This document shows positions 56,624 to 64,000 of a stretch of DNA of 64,000 bases, piece by piece. Made by a program: the position numbers and the translations under genes. The stretch lies in the sequence record SRR31156797_4072; one strand, written 5' to 3'. Position 1 is the first letter of the stretch. Each line of letters begins with the position of its first letter. The notes under the pieces are model-generated. The model did no database searches, was not told the DNA's origin, and saw only the letters and a list, made by a program, of their open reading frames with translations.

Positions 56624-58693
56624 TTATTCTACTAACCAAACAGCTACATCAGCAGGTTTTAAAACCTGATCTCCAATAAGGAAATCTCCATCGTAGCTTA
56701 ATAAATAATCCTCTGAAGAATAATTAAACGCTACCATAAAACCATCCCTAAATTGAACAAAAACGCCTTCCGGGTAATCTTCTACAGAAACATTGTTTTG
56801 CTCGTATACCTTTTGCATCACCGCCTTTTCCAACTGCCCGTCTTTTGAATCTACACCAATGTACCAAACCAATCCTTTTCCAATTTGATGTTTGGTAACG
56901 CACGCCGTACCTTTATAAAACTGATCATCATAACTACCCAAAGTCTCAGTATCTTTTTCCGGAGATATCAAATCACCCCATGTACTCCAGGGATATAATG
57001 TTTTTCCAAAAGAAACATACCCTTCTTTTCCAGAAGGTAACATATCAAAGGCTGTAATCTTCCCTCCTATTAGCTCATTTATGGCACCCGAAAGGTTACT
57101 TTCCCATAAATGTGCATTTTTATCTTTAGCACCTGTTCGGGTCGTTAAAATTAAATTACCTCCCTCATTTACATATGCTTTCATTTTTTTAATCAGAGCT
57201 TCATCAACCATTTCATATGCCGGAACAACAATGAAATTAAGATCTTTAAAATCATCCTTTTCAGATATAAAAGAAACCGGTGCTCCAAAACTGTGAAGTA
57301 TACCCTGATATCGTTGCATATGCCCCCAGGTATTCCATTGATATGTCTGTTTTTGTCGCTCCAGATTCCATAAATTATCATATGACCATAAAATGGCTGT
57401 TTTTAGTTTCTTAATTTCCTCCGGTACTTTTAAAGATGAATTATAAATTTTTCTAAGAGAATTAATTTCTTTAATTACCTGTATATATTCTTTTCCTCCC
57501 TGACTTAGTGATACGCCATCAGTTGTGGTAATTCCATGATGATATTGCTCCGCTCCATATAAAATTTGGCGATAACGATATGTACAGGCAAAAGAGGAAC
57601 CTCCGGCAAAACAATGCCACAACCACATTCTAACAGTTCCGGGTAAGAGCAAAGAGTTGTGATTAGCCCAATTAACCTGACCGGGCTGCAATTCCATTAC
57701 ACCTGTTATTCCATTAAGGGATTTGTAATAATCATTGGCATACATTAAAACAGAATAATCCCCCATTCTAAAGCCTAATTCACCCAGATTTGCACTTCCA
57801 TAATTCGGATACGCTGTAAAAGAAGGAAAATCCATTTTTGCACTCCTTCCCGGATCTACCTGACTTCCTTTGGCAACATAATTTGTAGTAATAAACTGAT
57901 CTTTTCGAATGTATTGTTTAAGAATATCTGCCTGAAAATCTAAAAACTCAGCTTGAGTATCCGCTGTATATCTTTTAAAATCGAGCAAGGCAATCGGGTT
58001 AGCGCCCCACCATCCTACATTGCTGGCATTGTGAATTTTAATCTCATCAAAGCTTTTATATAGTTGACTCCAAAAGGCTGTTCCCCATGCTTTATTAAGT
58101 GTTTCAATATCCTTATACTTACTTTTAAGCCATTGAACAAATGCTTTTTGCGAAGATGGACTGTAATCTTCCTTAGCCTCAGGTTCATTGTCTAACTGCC
58201 ACCCTATTATAGTTTTATTTTGTCCATAATGTTTAGCTAACGCTTCTACTATACTTTGGGTATATTGTTTAACGATAGTATTTGATAATGACATATTTGC
58301 TCTTGTTCCGTGTTCTTTACGATTATACTGCCCATCCTGTACGTATATTTCAGGATATTTAATCCCTAACCAAACAGGAGGACAAGGTGTTGGAGTTCCT
58401 AGAATAACCTTTAAGTGATATTTATCCGCTAAGTCAATAACCCTGTCCAGCCATGAGAAATTATATTCACCTTCTGTTGGTTCCATTTGAGCCCAGGCAA
58501 ACTCAGCCATATGAATAAATTCAAATCCATGGTCAGCAATGCTTTTAATATCACGCTCCCATTGGTCTGAAGACCAATGCTCCGGGTAATAATATACCCC
58601 AACACTCATTAAATCTTTCTTCTCAAAAATGTTCTGTGCATGAACATATTTGATGGCAACTAAAATGCACAACACCATCCAAATCTTCTTCAT
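56624..58693 (-). CDS. GH42 beta-galactosidase with signal peptide
   Basis: GVYYYPEHW, AEFAWAQMEP, LGTPT, WQLDNE, VMELQPGQVNW, GAEQYH. Confidence 0.92.
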   Translation of the reverse strand: MKKIWMVLCILVAIKYVHAQNIFEKKDLMSVGVYYYPEHWSSDQWERDIKSIADHGFEFIHMAEFAWAQMEPTEGEYNFSWLDRVIDLADKYHLKVILGTPTPCPPVWLGIKYPEIYVQDGQYNRKEHGTRANMSLSNTIVKQYTQSIVEALAKHYGQNKTIIGWQLDNEPEAKEDYSPSSQKAFVQWLKSKYKDIETLNKAWGTAFWSQLYKSFDEIKIHNASNVGWWGANPIALLDFKRYTADTQAEFLDFQADILKQYIRKDQFITTNYVAKGSQVDPGRSAKMDFPSFTAYPNYGSANLGELGFRMGDYSVLMYANDYYKSLNGITGVMELQPGQVNWANHNSLLLPGTVRMWLWHCFAGGSSFACTYRYRQILYGAEQYHHGITTTDGVSLSQGGKEYIQVIKEINSLRKIYNSSLKVPEEIKKLKTAILWSYDNLWNLERQKQTYQWNTWGHMQRYQGILHSFGAPVSFISEKDDFKDLNFIVVPAYEMVDEALIKKMKAYVNEGGNLILTTRTGAKDKNAHLWESNLSGAINELIGGKITAFDMLPSGKEGYVSFGKTLYPWSTWGDLISPEKDTETLGSYDDQFYKGTACVTKHQIGKGLVWYIGVDSKDGQLEKAVMQKVYEQNNVSVEDYPEGVFVQFRDGFMVAFNYSSEDYLLSYDGDFLIGDQVLKPADVAVWLVE

Positions 58694-58701
58694 TCTGTAT
58701 G

Positions 58702-60873
58702 TTATTTTAATTCTATCGATTTTATTAACCTTATATCTTTCGATGAGCTACCTATTAAAAAATTCACCTTGCCGTTCTCCAGAACCATTTTATTAGTAAC
58801 AGTATCCCAATATTTTATTTCTTCCTTAGCTACTGTTAAATGAATTTTTCTCTTCTCTCCTTTTTTAATAAAAACCCTATCAAAACCTTTTAATGTTTTT
58901 AATGGCCTGACAACTTTTGAATCCGGAAACGAAATATAAAGCTGAACCACTTCCTCTCCATCTGTTTCCCCTATATTTTCAACATCGAAGCTAAGCGTAA
59001 ATTCATTTTCAGTAGGACTTATTTCAAGATTAGAATATGCAAATTCTGTATAACTTAAGCCATAACCAAAAGAATAAAGCACTGAGTTCTCGGTGTACAT
59101 ATATGTTCTATTATTCCAAATATTATAATCTAACAATGGAGGTAACAAGTCTTCCGAAATTGGCCATGTTTGCGTTAGACGACCGGCAGGATTATAATCT
59201 CCGGAAATCACATCGGCTAAAGCATGGCCCATTTCCTGGCTATTATGCGTTAGAAACAAAATTGCAGGCAAGCTATGCTGTGACCAATTGATAGCATAAG
59301 GAAAACTACTAACCAAGACTAACACAGTATTTTGATTTACTTCATAAATTTGTTTAATCCATTCTTCATCTTCTAAATTGATACTTCTCCTGTCAACTGA
59401 TTCTTTTCCATAACTATCTCTGGTAACTTCTGCCCAACCTGCATTACCAGTTGGATGATTACCTGCAAAAGCAAGCACCATATCCGCCTCTTTGGCTGAC
59501 TTTAAAGCTTCAACTAGTAAAGAATCCGGCACATATGTGATTTCAATTTGTTTACCCAAACGTTTTTTTATCCCCTCCAAAGGTGTTACTACATAAGGAG
59601 CAGAACCAGAATACCAATCTAACAAAACCTGATCGGCCAACTGACCTACAATGGTTATTTTTTTGACTTTCTTAGAATTTACAGGAAAAGTCTTCTTCTC
59701 ATTTTTAAGTAATACAATTGACTTTTGTGTAGCCACTCGCACAGCCTGCTGATGTTCCTTTTTTAACCAAGGCTCTTCCTCATTTAAGGCACCAATAGTA
59801 CTATATGGATTACTGGTTTGATCCTTATCTAAAAGTCCAAGCTTCAGCATTACCCTGAATGCTCCTCTCAAAACCTGATCTATATCCGATTCATTAATAT
59901 AGCCAAACTCAATGGCTTCCATAATGGCTTCTTTATATCTATCCAGAAATTGATTAATACCACTTTTTACGGCCATAGCAGCCCCCATGGCCAAACTGTT
60001 ATAATACTTATGGTCGGATATCAATAATTTTAATGCGCCGCCATCAGTACAAATAATCCCATTTTGATTCCACTCGTTAACGGTTAATTCTTTTAAAAGC
60101 GGACTCACCATCATAGGAATTTCATTCACTTTATTATAGGCTGCCATATAGGCTTTGGAGCCTCCTTTTTCAACTCCCATTTGAAAAGGATAAGCATAAT
60201 ACTCACGTAGCTGTCTTTCGTTAAAATTAGATGAAGACCAGGTTCGTGAATCCTCATTACTATTGGCTAAAAAGTGTTTCATTAACGATGCTGCCTGCCA
60301 GTAATTATCTTTTGACCCCTGTAGTCCTTTAATAAAAGCTACGCTCAAGCTACCCGTTAAAAAAGGATCTTCACTATAACACTCTTCTGTTCTTCCCCAT
60401 CTGGGATCTCTTCCTAAATCTGCATTTGGTGCTCTAACTACTAATCCCCCCCTTTTATATTTTGGTGATTGTGCCATGTATCTTACCTCACACCCCTCAA
60501 TTTCACCCATTTGATACAAAATGTTTTTATCCCAGGTATGACCCATTCCGTAGGCCTGAGGGAAAGTGGTTGTAGGAACTGGATTTTTACCACCCCAATT
60601 GCCTGGTATTCCCATTGCTAAACCGTGTAATCCTTCAACATGCCCGGTTCCATAAACACCTAATCGTTCTACAGTAGGATTAGTACCCAGACAACTTACT
60701 TTTTCCTCTAATATCATTAATGACAACAAATTATCTATGCGATCACCATCGGATAAATTCGTATTTTGAAAAGGATAAGATTGTGCCTTAAGCTGAACAG
60801 ATATTATCATAAAGCTTGACAAAATGATAGCTTTAATCACCTTTGTTATTTTAAGAACTAACTGCATATTCAT
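58702..60873 (-). CDS. GH3 beta-glucosidase/xylosidase with FN3-like C-terminus
   Basis: RDPRWGRTEECYSEDP, KHF, MAAYN, CTDG nucleophile, SIVLLKN, FGYGLSYT, EVVQLY; start approximate. Confidence 0.93.
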   Translation of the reverse strand: MNMQLVLKITKVIKAIILSSFMIISVQLKAQSYPFQNTNLSDGDRIDNLLSLMILEEKVSCLGTNPTVERLGVYGTGHVEGLHGLAMGIPGNWGGKNPVPTTTFPQAYGMGHTWDKNILYQMGEIEGCEVRYMAQSPKYKRGGLVVRAPNADLGRDPRWGRTEECYSEDPFLTGSLSVAFIKGLQGSKDNYWQAASLMKHFLANSNEDSRTWSSSNFNERQLREYYAYPFQMGVEKGGSKAYMAAYNKVNEIPMMVSPLLKELTVNEWNQNGIICTDGGALKLLISDHKYYNSLAMGAAMAVKSGINQFLDRYKEAIMEAIEFGYINESDIDQVLRGAFRVMLKLGLLDKDQTSNPYSTIGALNEEEPWLKKEHQQAVRVATQKSIVLLKNEKKTFPVNSKKVKKITIVGQLADQVLLDWYSGSAPYVVTPLEGIKKRLGKQIEITYVPDSLLVEALKSAKEADMVLAFAGNHPTGNAGWAEVTRDSYGKESVDRRSINLEDEEWIKQIYEVNQNTVLVLVSSFPYAINWSQHSLPAILFLTHNSQEMGHALADVISGDYNPAGRLTQTWPISEDLLPPLLDYNIWNNRTYMYTENSVLYSFGYGLSYTEFAYSNLEISPTENEFTLSFDVENIGETDGEEVVQLYISFPDSKVVRPLKTLKGFDRVFIKKGEKRKIHLTVAKEEIKYWDTVTNKMVLENGKVNFLIGSSSKDIRLIKSIELK

Positions 60874-60915
60874 CTTTTTTTCAATAGATAAAAGCCTTGA
60901 ATCAAGTAGTATAAA

Positions 60916-60969
60916 TCCCCTAAAGGGGAATCTTAAGTACATCAACCCAAGACTCTCCCCTTTACGGGA
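60916..60969. repeat. Inverted pair of short palindromic units (REP/REPIN-like)
   Basis: TCCCCTAAAGGGGA (60916-60929) and TCCCCTTTACGGGA (60956-60969), reverse complements with one mismatch. Confidence 0.55.
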
Positions 60970-60991
60970 ACCTGTGCTTCTTTTATCGAAT

Positions 60992-63379
60992 TTATCTCGT
61001 AATTATATCATACTTCACTCCTTCTTTGGCTCCCTCTTTTAGTAACCACTGACCGTCGTTATTTTCAAGCTTTAAATTGATTAGATCATCTGTTCCAGGG
61101 AAATACAGATCTCCATGTGCCACTTTTGACTCGGTATTAAAAACCTTTAATTCAATCTTAGACCAATCCATGGTTTTTGTGCTTTGAGCCAATTGAATAT
61201 GAGGAATTACAGAACCCGAGCGAACTAACATTATGATTGGTATATCACCTGCTGTAATATGATGCCAGCCTCCTTCATAAGCCTTACCCGTTTGATAATC
61301 TATCCACTGACCTTTAGGTAAATAAACATCACGACTTGTTTCTTCTTCAAATAATGGAGCTACATAAATATCTTCTCCAAATAAATAAGCGTCATCCACT
61401 TTCCATGCACCAGGATCATTTGGAAACTCAACAAACAGCGCACGTAACATTGGCAAACCTGTCTGTGTACATTTCTTAGCCTGAGCATAGATATATGGCA
61501 TTAACTGATAACGAAGATTCGCTGCTTCTCTGAAATCATTTAAGAATTGATCGCTATAGGCCCATGGTTCTGTCGGAGGTGCACCATGACTTCGGGTATG
61601 TGAAATAAGCATTCCAAACGGTGTCCACCTTCGATATATTTCTTCGGGTGTTTGCAGTACAAAACCACCTATATCATGACTCCAGAATGAGAAACCACTA
61701 AGTCCAATAGATAAACCTCCTCTAAGAGTAGCTTCCATGGCTGTATTTGTATTTGCAGGATCACCTCCCCAATGAACAGGATATCGTTGGCTTCCTGCCC
61801 AGGTACTACGAGCCCACATAATCTGCTCACCTTTTACTTTTTGAGTTATTTCTGCTACGGCTTTATTATATCGTAGTGGATATAAATTATGCTCGTAGAA
61901 ACCTGTTTTTCCTGATGCATAAATACCATTATAAGGTGCAGCTTCGCCAAAATCTACTTTAATGGCTCCCACTCCTAATTCCAATAGTCCGGCAATTTTA
62001 TGCTGATACCATTCGACTGTTTTTGGATTAGAAAAATCAAGAACAGCATCTTCGTATGGTAAATTCCCTTTAGGATTTTTAACGTACAACTCTTTGTCTA
62101 TGATCTCCTTAAACAATGTGTTTTTAGGAACAAAATATGGCAATTGCCACAAACAAGTCTCAAAACCTTGTTTTTTAAGGTCTTTGATCATTTTACCTGC
62201 GTCATCAAATCTGGATTCTGAAAACTGATAATCACAACGCCAATCTGTTTCAAACCAACCAGTATCGAAATGAATAACATCACAAGGAACTTTATTATCT
62301 CTCAGCTTTTTAGCTACATTTCGGCCATCTTCTTCACTAAAATAAGTGATTCTGCTCATCCAAAAACCAAAGGACCAAAGAGGAGGCATTTGTGCTTTAC
62401 CGGTAATGTTGGTGTATTCATTCAATATATCTTTTGGATCACCAATAAATACAAATAAATCCAACGATTCGTCTCCAACCATAATGGAATTTACACCATT
62501 AAAATACTTGCCGAAATCGCATGTAATAGGAGATGAAGTATGCATAAACATACCATATCCTTTGCTACTCATAAAAAATGGAATCGGTTTGTACATGGTT
62601 TCGTTTTGCGTTCCATTACCATCATCTGTACATAAAACCACTTTCTGCCCACGCTTATTTAACTGGGTATATGATTCTCCACAACCAAAAATCATTTCAT
62701 GTGGTGATAATGTAAATGCAGCATTAAAACTCCTTGAATAATCCGAAGCCCTTCTTACATAGGAAAAAGGCATAATAGGTGTATACGTTGTTTCGGCATT
62801 ATCTATATGATGGTTAGAGGAAGTCAATAATTTTCCATGGGCATCATAAAAAGCAATTTTCCATGGGTATTCGCTAATAATTACCTTAGCTGAAGGACTC
62901 GTATAAATATGCTGGCCTTTTTCTTTTTTATATAACCACATTTTACCCTTTGACACAGCACCATTTACCAGTATTAAGGAGTTCTCTTCCTTATTGATTT
63001 CTAAACCACTTGTAAACTTAATCCTCACTGCTTTATCTGAAATAAATTCAAGTTGAAAAGATTGATTTGGAGAGGTTTCATATTCTCCTGTTGGAAACTC
63101 ATTTTCTTCTGCAGGTCTTAAAACACCAAGCATATTATTAAATGCATACCTGGTTTTATATTCATACCTGTTGTATTGAATTGTACCTCTGGCTTCTTTA
63201 GAATTAAAAGCGGCTAAACTATCGGCGAAGTAATAGGTGTTTTTAAAATTGTAGAAATCGGGACTAATATCAATAGGTTCGTTTACTAATTGATGATTTT
63301 GTATTTGAGCCTTTGTTATTAATGCGTGGGTTAAAAACAGTAACAAAGTCAGTTTGAATGGTAATTTTGAAAAATACAT
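60992..63379 (-). CDS. GH31 alpha-xylosidase (YicI-like) with signal peptide
   Basis: YKPIPFFMS, PPLWSFGFWMS, IKVDFGE nucleophile, WGGD acid/base, WSHDIGGF. Confidence 0.9.
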   Translation of the reverse strand: MYFSKLPFKLTLLLFLTHALITKAQIQNHQLVNEPIDISPDFYNFKNTYYFADSLAAFNSKEARGTIQYNRYEYKTRYAFNNMLGVLRPAEENEFPTGEYETSPNQSFQLEFISDKAVRIKFTSGLEINKEENSLILVNGAVSKGKMWLYKKEKGQHIYTSPSAKVIISEYPWKIAFYDAHGKLLTSSNHHIDNAETTYTPIMPFSYVRRASDYSRSFNAAFTLSPHEMIFGCGESYTQLNKRGQKVVLCTDDGNGTQNETMYKPIPFFMSSKGYGMFMHTSSPITCDFGKYFNGVNSIMVGDESLDLFVFIGDPKDILNEYTNITGKAQMPPLWSFGFWMSRITYFSEEDGRNVAKKLRDNKVPCDVIHFDTGWFETDWRCDYQFSESRFDDAGKMIKDLKKQGFETCLWQLPYFVPKNTLFKEIIDKELYVKNPKGNLPYEDAVLDFSNPKTVEWYQHKIAGLLELGVGAIKVDFGEAAPYNGIYASGKTGFYEHNLYPLRYNKAVAEITQKVKGEQIMWARSTWAGSQRYPVHWGGDPANTNTAMEATLRGGLSIGLSGFSFWSHDIGGFVLQTPEEIYRRWTPFGMLISHTRSHGAPPTEPWAYSDQFLNDFREAANLRYQLMPYIYAQAKKCTQTGLPMLRALFVEFPNDPGAWKVDDAYLFGEDIYVAPLFEEETSRDVYLPKGQWIDYQTGKAYEGGWHHITAGDIPIIMLVRSGSVIPHIQLAQSTKTMDWSKIELKVFNTESKVAHGDLYFPGTDDLINLKLENNDGQWLLKEGAKEGVKYDIITR

Positions 63380-63404
63380 ATAATCAGATTTAGATTTATG
63401 TTTT

Positions 63405-63412
63405 CAAAAGTA
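63405..63412 (-). promoter_or_regulatory. Sigma-A -7 element for the GH31 operon
   Basis: Minus strand TACTTTTG, 25 nt upstream of the ATG. Confidence 0.5.
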
Positions 63413-63561
63413 CTTGCAGAACCTCAACTTATCGTGATATAATGATAATGATAGATGACAATTTGTAAACTGAGGGAATAGTAAACTAATTTAATTGAGT
63501 GAGTTCAAAGTTCTAAATTGAAGTTAAAGAGGAAACTAATTGTTTTAAAATTTGTTTGTGT

Positions 63562-63641
63562 AAAAAAAAATACCTCCAGTGCTTAAATTTAGGCTCAAAT
63601 GATAAGTTGAAGACTGCCTATACACTGGAGGTTTTTATTTT
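63562..63641. terminator. Long hairpin with A/T tracts on both sides
   Basis: ACCTCCAGTG (63572-63581) / CACTGGAGGT (63623-63632), 41-nt interior, flanked by A9 and T-rich tracts. Confidence 0.55.
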
Positions 63642-63669
63642 ATAAAGTCACACTTTATATCTTTGAAGC

Positions 63670-64000
63670 TTACAAGTTCTCTATGGTTTTAAATGAGTAA
63701 TCGTACTCAAAACTCATTGGTACAATTTTGTTATACTCTTCAATAGTTGCATCGTTTAAGCAAGCTTCAATAATCTTACGTCCGGTTTCCATTAATCCTG
63801 GTTGTAAGTATTGCTTAAGCTCTTTCTTGAAGAATTCAGTTAATTCAGCAGCACCTGCATCGTAACCTTCAACACCAACTTCCGGTTGCTTGTAAACTTT
63901 TAATAATTGCTTAGGAATTTTAGATCCTTCAATTGTTAAGTAGTTTAACTCATATCCTAATAATGGACAACGAGAATCTTGATATTGATCTTCGCGTAAC
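63670..64000 (-). CDS. 3' end of a DUF4914-like protein (partial; not in ORF track)
   Basis: Manual translation LREDQYQDSRCPLLGYEL..QPEVGVEGYDAGA..GRKIIEACL..IENL*, 109 open codons from the window edge; family assignment from memory. Confidence 0.75.
   Translation of the reverse strand, partial: LREDQYQDSRCPLLGYELNYLTIEGSKIPKQLLKVYKQPEVGVEGYDAGAAELTEFFKKELKQYLQPGLMETGRKIIEACLNDATIEEYNKIVPMSFEYDYSFKTIENL

Noticed and set aside
1861..60945. Extended N-termini in the ORF track (1896, 2787, 17268, 17467, 20511, 42052, 44587, 55510, 60945)
   Set aside because: Downstream ATGs give proper signal peptides or domain starts; several extensions run through promoters, hairpins or neighbouring genes
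2890..62741. Many short (60-131 aa) ORFs in the track, e.g. 2890-3156, 13146-13328, 29466-29786, 52975-53313, 53503-53877, 62346-62741
   Set aside because: They overlap well-supported genes antisense or out of frame and show no recognisable motifs; treated as shadow ORFs
1..64000. CRISPR arrays, tRNA/rRNA, IS elements, prophage, defence systems
   Set aside because: No repeat-spacer series, RNA-gene signatures, transposase, integrase or phage structural genes recognised by eye

Overview
AT-rich Bacteroidota chromosomal region. SusC/SusD, a hybrid two-component system (HTCS), T9SS C-terminal domains and TAnnTTTG promoter elements support this; a Marinilabiliales-like origin is inference only. 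Left to right: housekeeping genes (S41 peptidase, MaoC dehydratase, SIMPL protein, ahpC, pepT); an ECF sigma / FecR / TonB-dependent transducer / DUF4249 module with an unannotated 48-aa ORF between sigma and anti-sigma; trxB; a DUF2062 protein; an overlapping pair encoding a degenerate YkuD-like protein and a membrane protein; a TPR histidine kinase plus LuxR regulator divergent from a TonB-dependent receptor and beta-propeller phytase; thpR; a ~34 kb pectin locus (GH28, GH105, PL1, SusC/D, surface glycan-binding protein, CE12, GH43, DUF4861, alpha/beta esterase, two CE8, PL9, kdgK, divergent HTCS, uxaB-uxaA-uxaC, LacI regulator); an exported GH31-GH3-GH42 trio; and the 3' end of a DUF4914-like gene. 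I saw no rRNA, tRNA, CRISPR array or transposase. Family calls rest on motif recognition by eye, not database searches. Best leads: the hidden small ORF, the putative phytate sensing/uptake locus, the degenerate YkuD-like/membrane pair, candidate new binding modules and esterases in the pectin locus, and the SusCD-less xyloglucan-oligosaccharide trio.
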